Source: Opitutaceae bacterium
GTDB lineage: Bacteria > Verrucomicrobiota > Verrucomicrobiia > Opitutales > Opitutaceae
Length of the DNA: 64,000 nucleotides
Direction of reading: 5' to 3'
Assembly (NCBI GenBank): GCA_041649735.1
Contig: JBAZMN010000001.1
Coordinates: forward strand, 509-64,508
Shown here: positions 8,548-18,393 of the stretch, piece after piece
How positions within the stretch are numbered: position 1 is the first letter of the stretch
Layout: the number at the start of each line of letters is the position of its first letter
Position numbers and translations under genes: made by a program
Notes under the pieces: generated by a model
What the model saw: the letters and a program-made list of their open reading frames with translations, nothing else
Databases searched by the model: none
What the model was told of the DNA's origin: nothing

Positions 8548-9527
8548 GGCGACTTCTCCAGCGATTGCAGGTAGAGCGGCTTGAGGGCGTCCCAACTCAT
8601 GGACTCGGCCCACGCCCGCCCGCGTTGCGAGTAGGCCGTTATGTCGCGTTCATACCATTCGTCGATCGTGCGGGCGATTATGCGGGGATCAAGTACCGCC
8701 CGGTCAACCGTCACGGCGATCTTCGTTTTTTCGACGCCCGTGATCGGTATCAGCGGCTCGGCGGGCAGCCACTCCGTCATGGGGAATCGCTTGCTGGCCA
8801 TTACCAGCATCCCGCTGGCGTAGGCTTCCTGGAGCGGCAGCGAAAGGCCGTTGAATTTCTCGGGAAAGACAAACACGTCGCCATCGTAGAGCTTGTCGGC
8901 GGGCACGTTGTCAAGCACAAACGTAATGCGTTTGTCGCGGTTGCCGCGATACTTGTCGAACAGTCGCAGTATCTGTCGTTCGTCCGGCTGTCCGCGTACC
9001 GTTAAGTGGATCGGGCTTTGCACGTATCGCATCGCCTCCAATAGTTCCGGCGTGCCGTTGCGGTAGTTCGTGCCGCCGTGTCCAGCGTTGTGGATGAATT
9101 GCTTGGCGACCGTCCGCTGCTTCCACGGCACGTCAACGGGGACCGGCACAAACAGCGATGGCAAGTCTTTGTAGTATTGCAGGTCGAGCATCGACGGGCA
9201 CAGATACACGTCGGCCGGAACCGGCAGAGGCATCGGCGTCCATTCGTACATCGGCATCATGGCAATGCGGATTCCCTGCCGCCGTGCCGCTCTGACGATA
9301 TTCCAGTCAAAGGCGTTTTCAAGCAGGAATAGCACGTCCAGCCCGTGAAGAAAGTCACGGTGAGTTTCCACCGTGAAGCGGTTCTCTGACGGATACCACT
9401 CGGGATGGTTTTGGTAATGCGGGTGGCGAATCAGCAGGATGCGATTGACAATGCCGTGGTCGTAGAAAGACTTGGCGAGAATACCAAGCCCCGATTGCGT
9501 TGCGTAGCTGATGGCTCCGATATTCAT
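8544..9527 (-). CDS. GT-B fold (group 1 / GT4-like) glycosyltransferase
   Basis: C-terminal PEKFNGLSLPLQEAYASGMLVMAS (E-x7-E-like region). ATGA-coupled on both sides. Confidence 0.7.
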   Translation of the reverse strand: MNIGAISYATQSGLGILAKSFYDHGIVNRILLIRHPHYQNHPEWYPSENRFTVETHRDFLHGLDVLFLLENAFDWNIVRAARRQGIRIAMMPMYEWTPMPLPVPADVYLCPSMLDLQYYKDLPSLFVPVPVDVPWKQRTVAKQFIHNAGHGGTNYRNGTPELLEAMRYVQSPIHLTVRGQPDERQILRLFDKYRGNRDKRITFVLDNVPADKLYDGDVFVFPEKFNGLSLPLQEAYASGMLVMASKRFPMTEWLPAEPLIPITGVEKTKIAVTVDRAVLDPRIIARTIDEWYERDITAYSQRGRAWAESMSWDALKPLYLQSLEKSP

Positions 9528-10201
9528 GTCAGCAACTCCCGCGCGTCAAACTGTTCGCCGCGAAATGATAACGCTAGCGGCTGTAGCCGATTACCTACCG
9601 AGCTTTCGGTGCCGGTGTGTTGCACCAGGCTCGGATTGTGGACGTATTCCTTCCAGCCAACCAGCTTAAACGCCGTAACGATGCCGCCATCAACCCACTT
9701 GTACCCACGGTTTACATCCTTGGGGCGATTAACCATGTAGGGACTGCTGAGAAGAGTCACTACGGCCTCATTGGTAAACACCAAGGCGACGGCGCCCTTG
9801 CCGAGTTGGTCCGACAAGTACCAGCCGTTGCGGCCGTTTGCCATCGCTTGGTTTTTCGGGAACGTGTAGAGATTTAGATACCCACGTTGCGGTTGCTGGC
9901 ATTGTTCCAGGTATTCGCGCAGGTGCCGATACGTAACGAAATCATCCTGAAAAATCGCGTAGCGGTCGGCCAGCGGGTCGCGAACGTACAGTTCCCACAG
10001 CGATGCCACCCAATTGCCGTAGCATCGCAAGGGCGGATCGTGAAATGTAGACTCCAGGCCGAACCGCTCGAACCCCTGCCCGCTGCCGTCGATGAATAGA
10101 CGCGGCTGCTCGAATCCTGCCAGTGCCAACGAGGCAAGCGTGCGGGGCAGCAAATCGTCCCGCCGCTTGGGCACGGTAGTAACTCCATAACTCCATCTCA
10201 T
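9524..10201 (-). CDS. GT-A-like glycosyltransferase
   Basis: MRWSYGVTTVPKRRDDLLPRTLASL N-terminus and YAIFQDDF acidic motif. ATG at 10201 overlaps the upstream stop (ATGA). Confidence 0.6.
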   Translation of the reverse strand: MRWSYGVTTVPKRRDDLLPRTLASLALAGFEQPRLFIDGSGQGFERFGLESTFHDPPLRCYGNWVASLWELYVRDPLADRYAIFQDDFVTYRHLREYLEQCQQPQRGYLNLYTFPKNQAMANGRNGWYLSDQLGKGAVALVFTNEAVVTLLSSPYMVNRPKDVNRGYKWVDGGIVTAFKLVGWKEYVHNPSLVQHTGTESSVGNRLQPLALSFRGEQFDARELLT

Positions 10202-10473
10202 CGCATCACCCTTAATTTGTACTTGGCGTTTCGTATAGCCATCAACACCACAAACTTGGCGGCACATTCCACAAATACCATGCCGCGTTTTTCGGCTTCC
10301 TCTTTCATCCACCCGATGATGGTGTCGATGTTTTGCAGGCACCACTCGGGGCCTTGCACGTCCATGAGCAAAGCCCGCTGGTCACAGTTGCAGCCCGCCG
10401 TGGAAGTGATTCCATAGCGGCGCAGCATCCGCTTCAGTTCCGTTCCAGCCCCGATTGTCGCCTGCTGTTTCAC
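10198..10473 (-). CDS. Conserved-looking hypothetical protein (GCNCD motif)
   Basis: GTELKRMLRRYGITSTAGCNCDQRALLMD..WC..NIDTIIGWMKEEA is a pattern I recall from glycosyltransferase neighbourhoods. No assigned function. Confidence 0.55.
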   Translation of the reverse strand: MKQQATIGAGTELKRMLRRYGITSTAGCNCDQRALLMDVQGPEWCLQNIDTIIGWMKEEAEKRGMVFVECAAKFVVLMAIRNAKYKLRVMR

Positions 10474-10474
10474 G

Positions 10475-10966
10475 TTATGGCGTCCCTGAGCCGGTCAGTT
10501 CTTCGGGGATTCCGTAGAACTCAAGGTTGAGCGCAAATGGAATGCGGGTGTTCGATCCCGAGTCTGGATTGAACGGCACTCCCCAATCCTCGACTCGATA
10601 GAATATCGAGGTGATGTCCGTTGTGATCGGGCACGGTTCGTTTCCGCCGTGATGCCAGAACACCGGCCGACTAGGAGTGACAATCAGCTCGCCGAAGTTC
10701 CAATCGTTGAAGCTGACGATAACTTGCGGCTTGGTTCCCGGCAGCAACGGCAGATAATAGTCGGTTTCCATGTTGATAAACATGGCGTGCAGATTATCCA
10801 GGAAAATTGAATAATCAAATCGCGACTGCCACCAGCCACCAGCAGCCATTTCGGGAGGAACCACGTGAATTTTCAGGCGGCCAAGGATGCTCGCATCGTA
10901 GGTGAATGTGTTCACCTTTGCGGCCTCGGCTCCGCTTTTCCATGATTGAGTTATTTGTAACGCCAT
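10475..10966 (-). CDS. Hypothetical protein
   Basis: ORF 1 nt downstream of the previous gene. No motif recognised. Confidence 0.55.
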   Translation of the reverse strand: MALQITQSWKSGAEAAKVNTFTYDASILGRLKIHVVPPEMAAGGWWQSRFDYSIFLDNLHAMFINMETDYYLPLLPGTKPQVIVSFNDWNFGELIVTPSRPVFWHHGGNEPCPITTDITSIFYRVEDWGVPFNPDSGSNTRIPFALNLEFYGIPEELTGSGTP

Positions 10967-11007
10967 GATCTAAACTCCAATTGTGTTGTGTGGTGATTGC
11001 TTGGTAA

Positions 11008-11847
11008 TTAGTTCGGCCGCGCTATCCGCATCGGTGGCGGAATGATACCGGCCTGACGCATTTCTTCCGCCGACAACGGGCCGCCCATCATCGGTTGCCC
11101 AGGGCCCATCGGCGGCCGGGCAAACTGTTGTGTCTGCGGCGGCCCCGCAAACGTGTCGGCTTCCGGCAAGTCAATGGCCCCTTCGGCCTTGAGTACGTTG
11201 GCAACTGCCGAAATAGCCCGGCTCTGTTGTACGCTCATTACGATGCCATCGGGCACGGCCTCGGTAAGGGCCTTGATGGCTTCCGTAGCGTTGGGGGCGA
11301 TGATGGCCCGGCTCTGCGGAATCTGATTGTCTGCGGTCACGAAAACAACTTGGTAGGCATACGCAATCATGTCACTCGCTCCTTTGGGAACTTCTGCTTT
11401 TGCGCCCCACTTGCCGACGGGGCACGATTCGGTCGCCATCTTGATCTTGTTCAAGACAGTGAGTTTAGAAAGGTTTACATTGCAGCCGCATTTCGAGCAT
11501 TTGCCGTCTACGAAATATTGGCAGGGCCTCGGCTTCGGGCGGCAGAACGTGTTGTAGATTTGCTCGACTTCCTCTTGGCTTCGCTTCGGCCGACCGGCCT
11601 TGTACCATCGCAGCAGGGCCTTGATGTAGGTCTTTGCCGTCTCGAAGGACACGCCCAGGTCGGCCGCCGCTTCCTTCGTCTGTTCCTCTGCTTCCGCCGT
11701 CATGGGAATCTCTTGCGGCGGCAGATAGCCGGGCCGCTTCATGGGTGGCATGGCCATCGGCCCCAAGTAGCCGTCGTTCATCGTCAGCGGTCTGCGAATC
11801 GAGCCGAGCATCTTGTTGATCGGGTGTGTTGGGTCTTGTGGTCGCAT
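11008..11847 (-). CDS. Hypothetical protein with Cys-cluster (CSKCGCN..CPVGKW) and Pro/Met/Gly-rich ends
   Basis: ATG at 11847 lies 1 nt after the giant gene stop; the track start at 11862 is TTG. Confidence 0.55.
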   Translation of the reverse strand: MRPQDPTHPINKMLGSIRRPLTMNDGYLGPMAMPPMKRPGYLPPQEIPMTAEAEEQTKEAAADLGVSFETAKTYIKALLRWYKAGRPKRSQEEVEQIYNTFCRPKPRPCQYFVDGKCSKCGCNVNLSKLTVLNKIKMATESCPVGKWGAKAEVPKGASDMIAYAYQVVFVTADNQIPQSRAIIAPNATEAIKALTEAVPDGIVMSVQQSRAISAVANVLKAEGAIDLPEADTFAGPPQTQQFARPPMGPGQPMMGGPLSAEEMRQAGIIPPPMRIARPN

Positions 11848-11848
11848 A

Positions 11849-14800
11849 TCATGCTTCCCCAATGTGGTGCGGAGTTAGTGAGTATTTCGAGCCGTCAACC
11901 AGTCCGCACGATTGCCAGTAATCGTCAATGATACATTCCAGTTTCTCTGGCACCACGCCCGATGCGATGCAGAAACTGTATCGCCAATTATCGTCGCTGC
12001 CCTGCCAGCACCAATCGAACAGCAGGCGAATGATGCAAGCGTTCTGCCTGCCAAGATTCGGCGTTGCCGACACAGCAATGGGGTAATGCTCGTTGACCCA
12101 GTAGTGCGTTTGCCCCAACACGTTCGGCCGATATTCCTCATAGGTCTGCGGTACGTTGGTGTAATTCTCTACCAGCCCGGCGGCAATCAGCCTGATGATC
12201 CATTCGCCGTTATCCTGGTCGATCTGGAACCAGTCTTTCGGCGTCATGTCGATGGTGGCGAACGTAAACCCGACGCCGGTAATGCTGGTGCTGGTGTTCC
12301 ACGCAAAGGTGATTTCGCCGAACAGCACGCTCTCGCCTTGGATGTCGATGTACAGCAGGATGCTATCGGTAGACTGCGTGGCGAGTACGTTTAGGTCTGG
12401 GTGCTGGTTGATCTTGCGAACGAGGATATTGATGGTTGCCGCCAGCGTAGCTTGCACGGGCACCGTATCGTCCCCGGTGTCCTGGTCTGAGGCGACGAAG
12501 GTAAACGGGACCGGCTCGTCAAATCCATTGGCGATAGAGAACTGTTCACCCGCTTGTACCTGCGTGGTGGCCGCCTGCGAATTGGCCAAGTCCACGATTT
12601 GCATTTCCACGTCGTAAACGAGGATGCAGCTTTCATCCATCGGATCGTTGGGAATGGCCCGCACGTTCAATACGTCGCTGTCGCATAGCTCATTGACTTG
12701 CGTCACGATGCCGCGAATCTTCTCAGTTTGATTGGCGGCAAGCTGGACGCTGGAGCCGTTGCTTACGCCCGATATAAACGTAATCGTGGCCGTGTGATCG
12801 TCGTCAACCTCAATAACAAACTCCGACCCAATCTGCGGTTCAATGACTTGCGTAGTGCTGTGTAATACGTCGTGGTACGTGAGCGTGCAACCATTGAACC
12901 AAGGCGCGATAACATACATGCGGCCCGCGTTACAGAACGTATCCCCGGCGGCCGTAACCACCGCTTGCATTACTTGGCCTTCCCACGGCAAATCAAAGTC
13001 AATCGCGTCGCACCACGCATCGGAGAAGGCAATTGGCGGCTGGTGCTTGATCGTGGTGAGGCCGATCATGTTGCCTTGCGGCTCTTGTTCCCAAGCGTGA
13101 ATCTTGAATACCGGCTCTAGCAATCCCTCCTGTTTGCAAACGTCCGTCATAAAGGCCGTGTTGATGGCGTCGTGAATCGCTTCGATCTGGCGGATGTCAT
13201 CGTCGATGATCGGAACGATAACGATTTCGGAAGCGGAGCCGGCCCCCAGCGTTGCGTCGCAGCCACCGTCCATTCCGTAAATCGTCAGCGGTTGCGTGGT
13301 GTCCATCGGGGCCGTCACCCACTCCTCGAATATCCGAGTGGTGAGGCTGGCGACGATGGCAATGTTTCCTTGCGGGCCGATGTGCTGGTTGATTAGCGTG
13401 AGGCGGCTACTACGTGTCCCCGCTCTCCTAACGTCGATGTCCAAGTCCCTGTCTGGTTCGGTGCCGTTGGCCATCCCGGTAGCGACGATGAACTGCGACG
13501 AATAGCCCAACGGTACATTGTTGTCACCCAGCAGCAGATTCGTCAGGTCGCACGTGGTTTCAGGACCGCCGCCGACGGCCGCCGACATGTAGAAGTTGGG
13601 AGTGCCGTTGACCGCCGCAACCAAGTTTGCCGCAGCGGCGTCCACGTCGGCGCCCATATCCACTTCAATGTAGCCTTCGGGAACACCGCCGCCCGTCGAG
13701 AACTGGTAGTTTTTGGTGGTGAAGCCATCGTTGATAAACACCCGGTCGCCTTCGCTGACTTGATGCGTGAACCAAAACGATCCCGTCGAGTGTGTGCCGG
13801 ACGTGGGATCGACGCCGCCGCTCATGCCAGTAGCGTAAATGGTGGCTGGGGTGCCCGATCCCACGCAATCCACGGTGATGTCATGGTTCCCGATGACGCC
13901 CGCGATGTTGTGCATCAGGCAGCACGTGCCGTCATTGTTGCCGAGCGAAGCCGTTACGCTGAGCGGGTTTGCGTTCGTGTTGACAGCTAAGATTAGCCGC
14001 TTGATCGTATCCTGTAGGTCGAAGCCGACCGCCACGCCCACGCGACTGACGGGCGTACCCGGCAATGACGATGATGGATCAAGCCCGCCGCTCATGCCGG
14101 TAATTGTAAAGCTGCCGCCAACGTGTTCGATGTCCACGTTTCCGGCTGCCAGCTTGCGGTCGTTCGTCAAGTGGACCGTGGCGTCGGCAAGGTACGTGTC
14201 TGGATCGGTGCCCGTACCGGACGCGATGGTGTCCGTCGAAGTAATATCTAGCAGGCGGCTTGTGTCGTTGATCGCAAAGGCCAGATTCGCCGCTGTTTCC
14301 TCTTTGTTTTCGCTACTGATCTCGACGGCCACATTTCCCGGCTGAGCGATGCCGTCGATAACCACAAACTCGAATGTGATCCAGGGATGCTTGGGGTTGC
14401 CATCCCACATTCGCAAGATCGTGCCGACGGTAGGCTGGCCGGTGAATTGGATTGTCCCCGTCGCGGCCGTGCCATCGTCGGTGAACTCGAATATCGAATC
14501 AAAGTGCGTTGGGATACCATCGTCGATGGTGATCGTGTCGCCCGGCTCGGGCTGTGCAGTGAATGTCAGTTTGCCTACCGCGTGCCGCCCGCTGGCTGAG
14601 TTGATTGCCGTTTCAATGGCCGCCGCCGTTTCGCTGTTGCCCCAGCCCAGCGTTACACCGATGTTGCCCGGCGTAATATCATCGCCGCCGTCTTCGCCGT
14701 CCACCATACCGTAGACGATGATATTGTCACCCGTTGTGCTGATCGCCTGATTACAAAGGGCAGACTTATGCAGACTGGTCAACACACAGAAGTCATCCGG

Positions 14801-17524
14801 CGGCACGCTGGCCGTTGCTGAGATGCCGATTCCCGTCAGGCCGTTAAGCTGGAATACAAAGTTGGCCATCGTTTCCACGCGGTCGATGCCAATAACGACG
14901 CCGACGTTTCCAGACAACAATGAACCGCTTGGGCCGTCCAGTCCGCCGACCATCCCGAGAACCTCGAAGGGCGGCCCGGCGTCCGGGTCAGGGTCCGTGA
15001 AACTCGGCCCACCGAACTGAATCGCGTGATTGCCTACGGTGCTGGCGTGGATGTTGACCAGCAAGAACCAATCGACTTCGCCGTTTGCCGTCCCCGTTCC
15101 CGTGCCTGTCCCCGTGCCGGTGCCGGTGCCCACCAGCGAAAAGTCATCCGCCACGATGTCCATATCGGCTGCGCTGTTGATGGCGTTGTAGAGGCTGGTG
15201 GCCGTGTCGCGTTGGGTCGCGCCGATAGGTATTTTGATGAACCTGTCCGACGCTACGATACCGATGTCGCCGAATGAGAATGTTTTGCGAGTATGGATGC
15301 CATCGTCCAAAACAATGAAGTCACCGGCTCGCGGCTGATCGAATACCTTGACCCAACCGTGGGCCGACGTGCCTGTTGTGAGTTCCAGCGTGAGTTGCTT
15401 GCGGCCGTCGTGGAGCGTAATCGTATCGCCGGATGCCGGGTTGTCGATAAACTGGACCGTGCCCCATGATGCCCGGCCTTGGTCAAACTCAAACGTAACG
15501 GGGCCGTGGCCGGTCACGCCGTCGGCCAGTCGGAACCAGTCGCCGTCGGCGGGCGGATACTCGACGGTGATCGAACCGCGTGCGGGAGCGCCGTTGCCGA
15601 CGAATTGGAACGTAGCAACGCACCCGTTGCTGTCGTTCATTTCCCAGCTAACGCCGTCGCGGATTGGTAGAATCCACCGCTGGTAGGTCGGGTTGGAATT
15701 TCCCTCCCCGTCGATTTCGTCGTGGAAATCGAAGTAGTAGAGGGAGCGTTGGTAAGTGGGCGTGACTCGCAGTTCCCAGTAGTCGATGTCTGCCGTGCCG
15801 CATCCTGTGTCTAGGCATTCATTTTCCAGATAACCCTGCGCGTTCGTGTTCCCCATCGACGCGCCATAGCAGTTTTGGCAGTCGGCGTAGCTCGCTCTCT
15901 TTATCAAGTTGACTTGGGCGTAGGAGTTAGTGAAGTCGGCGGAATGGCCGGTGTCGAGGCCGGTTGACCACGTGGGGTCGAACGGCAGCAGTTGATTGAT
16001 TTGGTCGGATGTCGGCTTGATGGCCCCCGGCACCGACCACGATTTCTGATAGGTCAGCACGCGCCAACGCGGTTCGGCCCCTAGCGGCCCGAGAATATAG
16101 GACAGGTCTGCACCGGTAACATAGACCTGAATCAGCGTGTCAATGCACCCAGTGCCGCGTGTCGGATTGTTGACCCATGACCAACGCCAGCCGAAGTAGC
16201 TCGGGAACGGGGCAATACAGCTTGTTGGCTTGGCGTAGAACATCGCCGTATTGAGGTAGCGATAATTCACCGTGACTTGATCGTGCTGCGGATCGACTTC
16301 CATCGGTGACTGCGCCAGAGTGCAATAGCATTCCTCGGGGCTGGTGATACCGACGAAGTTGACTTGAGCACAACAGATTCCATACGAAGGGATGTCGATG
16401 TCGGCCAGATTGTTGTCGCAAAACCGCTCCGGTGGGAAGCAGCAATCCATTCGCGGTTGCCGACGTTTCGACCACGAAATGCCGTAAGTGTAGTCGAGAT
16501 AGTACCACCCATTAGGAAATGCCGGCTCGCCCGTGCATGGCTTTGTCTCACCTCGGCAGTCGTAGTTGTAGTTCCACGGCATCAACGGGCCGGGGTCGCC
16601 GTGCGGGTAGCCTTCCGCAGTGTAGTAGAAGTTCTCCCAGCAGCAGTCGAACGCATCGTACTTGGAGCATTCGCCAGTCCAGCACGGCTGTTCGGACAGC
16701 AGATTTGGCGCGGGCGGGTCATACCAACCGGGAATTTCTGGTGCCAGCAAAACTTGCCCGTAGCCGCAACATGACCAACACCACGGATAGGGATTGTCGC
16801 CCAGCCATGCGTCCTTGACGCATTGCGGTATCCCATTTGGATAGCTGGAAATTACGTAGACGCCGTGCTGTTGCGAAATGGAACCGCTTTGCAATGACGG
16901 CAGTGTTTCGTAGACCTCAAAATATCCAACCACCGGATCATCCGTGGCGATGGTGTAGCGATAGTTGTCGCAGCCAGTGAACCACGTCCGACGAAACTCA
17001 GTGGTATAGCCGGGTCCATAGGGGCTGCCGTCAAACGTGTACACGTCTCCATAGGGTGCTGAACTGTGAACCAGATTCCCCTGGTAGACGCCGGTGAACA
17101 AGTTGCCTTTCGAGGGCTGGCAGGGTGGGCTTGGACATTGGTAAACATCTTCGTACCCTGACACCACTACCCAAATGCTGAGCGGTATCGAATCACCACC
17201 AAAGGCTGAGATGCAACTATCGGGGTCGCTGGGGTCTTCTTCAATCCAGCAGGTTTCAATGTACTCCTGCGATTCGGGGTCGTTGGGGTCGTAGAGAGGA
17301 TTCAGTTCATACCAACACTCAAACCACTCGTTGTAGTCGGCATACCAAAACAGCGTACCGACCGCCTCGCACGTGCGGATGTTGGTCTGGTAGTAGCAGA
17401 GCGAACCCCAGAAGCTGTAAAGCGGAATTGATAGCAGCAATTCAAAGACACTCTTGAACCGCCGCCCGCTCGCGTGCGGTGGCGTGAATGCGTGTCGGAG
17501 AAGTCTGCGGAGTAGGTTCAACAT
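11849..17524 (-). CDS. Giant (about 1,891 aa) modular tail-fibre / host-recognition-like protein
   Basis: Single ORF at the distal end of the tail module. The N-terminal ~560 aa and the C-terminal ~150 aa are rich in Cys, Trp, Tyr and Pro. The centre (about nt 12300-15544) holds ~9 degenerate modules. ATG at 17524 overlaps the upstream stop (TAATG). Confidence 0.75.
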   Translation of the reverse strand: MLNLLRRLLRHAFTPPHASGRRFKSVFELLLSIPLYSFWGSLCYYQTNIRTCEAVGTLFWYADYNEWFECWYELNPLYDPNDPESQEYIETCWIEEDPSDPDSCISAFGGDSIPLSIWVVVSGYEDVYQCPSPPCQPSKGNLFTGVYQGNLVHSSAPYGDVYTFDGSPYGPGYTTEFRRTWFTGCDNYRYTIATDDPVVGYFEVYETLPSLQSGSISQQHGVYVISSYPNGIPQCVKDAWLGDNPYPWCWSCCGYGQVLLAPEIPGWYDPPAPNLLSEQPCWTGECSKYDAFDCCWENFYYTAEGYPHGDPGPLMPWNYNYDCRGETKPCTGEPAFPNGWYYLDYTYGISWSKRRQPRMDCCFPPERFCDNNLADIDIPSYGICCAQVNFVGITSPEECYCTLAQSPMEVDPQHDQVTVNYRYLNTAMFYAKPTSCIAPFPSYFGWRWSWVNNPTRGTGCIDTLIQVYVTGADLSYILGPLGAEPRWRVLTYQKSWSVPGAIKPTSDQINQLLPFDPTWSTGLDTGHSADFTNSYAQVNLIKRASYADCQNCYGASMGNTNAQGYLENECLDTGCGTADIDYWELRVTPTYQRSLYYFDFHDEIDGEGNSNPTYQRWILPIRDGVSWEMNDSNGCVATFQFVGNGAPARGSITVEYPPADGDWFRLADGVTGHGPVTFEFDQGRASWGTVQFIDNPASGDTITLHDGRKQLTLELTTGTSAHGWVKVFDQPRAGDFIVLDDGIHTRKTFSFGDIGIVASDRFIKIPIGATQRDTATSLYNAINSAADMDIVADDFSLVGTGTGTGTGTGTGTANGEVDWFLLVNIHASTVGNHAIQFGGPSFTDPDPDAGPPFEVLGMVGGLDGPSGSLLSGNVGVVIGIDRVETMANFVFQLNGLTGIGISATASVPPDDFCVLTSLHKSALCNQAISTTGDNIIVYGMVDGEDGGDDITPGNIGVTLGWGNSETAAAIETAINSASGRHAVGKLTFTAQPEPGDTITIDDGIPTHFDSIFEFTDDGTAATGTIQFTGQPTVGTILRMWDGNPKHPWITFEFVVIDGIAQPGNVAVEISSENKEETAANLAFAINDTSRLLDITSTDTIASGTGTDPDTYLADATVHLTNDRKLAAGNVDIEHVGGSFTITGMSGGLDPSSSLPGTPVSRVGVAVGFDLQDTIKRLILAVNTNANPLSVTASLGNNDGTCCLMHNIAGVIGNHDITVDCVGSGTPATIYATGMSGGVDPTSGTHSTGSFWFTHQVSEGDRVFINDGFTTKNYQFSTGGGVPEGYIEVDMGADVDAAAANLVAAVNGTPNFYMSAAVGGGPETTCDLTNLLLGDNNVPLGYSSQFIVATGMANGTEPDRDLDIDVRRAGTRSSRLTLINQHIGPQGNIAIVASLTTRIFEEWVTAPMDTTQPLTIYGMDGGCDATLGAGSASEIVIVPIIDDDIRQIEAIHDAINTAFMTDVCKQEGLLEPVFKIHAWEQEPQGNMIGLTTIKHQPPIAFSDAWCDAIDFDLPWEGQVMQAVVTAAGDTFCNAGRMYVIAPWFNGCTLTYHDVLHSTTQVIEPQIGSEFVIEVDDDHTATITFISGVSNGSSVQLAANQTEKIRGIVTQVNELCDSDVLNVRAIPNDPMDESCILVYDVEMQIVDLANSQAATTQVQAGEQFSIANGFDEPVPFTFVASDQDTGDDTVPVQATLAATINILVRKINQHPDLNVLATQSTDSILLYIDIQGESVLFGEITFAWNTSTSITGVGFTFATIDMTPKDWFQIDQDNGEWIIRLIAAGLVENYTNVPQTYEEYRPNVLGQTHYWVNEHYPIAVSATPNLGRQNACIIRLLFDWCWQGSDDNWRYSFCIASGVVPEKLECIIDDYWQSCGLVDGSKYSLTPHHIGEA
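15089..15130 (-). repeat. Imperfect hexanucleotide repeat encoding (Gly-Thr)x7
   Basis: GGC ACC GGC ACC GGC ACG GGG ACA GGC ACG GGA ACG GGG ACG on the coding strand. Confidence 0.9.
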
Positions 17525-18393
17525 TATGACAACAAGCACGGTGCCCCAACAACGAAGAACTTTCTCGCATTCGGCCAGTAGTCAACGATGACCGGCGTAA
17601 AAGGCGGAATCGTCTGGCCTGGTGCCAACAGGTGATCGTGGGCCGTTTTGATTGTCAGCCCGGCACTATTGATAAGCAGCGCCACGGCCGCCGATTGGCC
17701 GTAAGGCATTCCGCCGCGGCGCATAATGAAGCCTGGAAAACTCAACTGCTGCGACATGCGATGCGTTATCATCACGTACTTAGGGCCACCGACTAGCCCT
17801 TCGTAGCCGTTGGTGTCGGAGTAGCCGTCCACGGCCACGGATGAACACTGAACAATGTCACCGGCCCACGCGGGTAGTTGCAGGCTCGGGTCGATAACAA
17901 TCACCGTCGAGGTTGTATTGACTTGACCTTCTTCGGGGTCGTATAGAAATCCGGCGTCCAGCAGTTCCAGCGGATTAGCCAAGGATGAATAGGTGTCATC
18001 ATCCATGTCCCGCAGCATCAGGTAATAGTTCGTGCTGACGGAACCGCCCGCGACGGCCAGCCACTTGCCGAACTTGTCGCGGTTCACCTGGAACCAGCCG
18101 CTGGTAATGGCGGTTGCCGAGAGGTTGTAAATCGCTCGCATGATGCCGGCGGAAATCAGCGTTGGTACGCCGGTCACTTCGACGATCTTGTAAATGTCGC
18201 ACTCCGCTTGGCCCGGCGTGGTGCCGCTTAACGCCGGTAGGCCGCCGCTCGGAGCCTGAGCCACGTACACATCCGGCGTCTGGCCCGGTAGACTGAGGCT
18301 CGTTGACGCAGCTCTATTTTGTGGACGGGCACGCCACTGGGCGAGGATGCGCCGCAAGTCGCGATGGTCTTCCTCAGTCAGAAATTTGGCCAT
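17524..18393 (-). CDS. Tail-tip/baseplate-like protein, short paralog
   Basis: Shares FLTEEDHRDLRRI.., PDVYVA, CDIYKIV, WFQVNRDKFGKWLAVAGGS and RMSQQLSFPGF blocks with the 18393-19754 product. Confidence 0.65.
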   Translation of the reverse strand: MAKFLTEEDHRDLRRILAQWRARPQNRAASTSLSLPGQTPDVYVAQAPSGGLPALSGTTPGQAECDIYKIVEVTGVPTLISAGIMRAIYNLSATAITSGWFQVNRDKFGKWLAVAGGSVSTNYYLMLRDMDDDTYSSLANPLELLDAGFLYDPEEGQVNTTSTVIVIDPSLQLPAWAGDIVQCSSVAVDGYSDTNGYEGLVGGPKYVMITHRMSQQLSFPGFIMRRGGMPYGQSAAVALLINSAGLTIKTAHDHLLAPGQTIPPFTPVIVDYWPNARKFFVVGAPCLLS

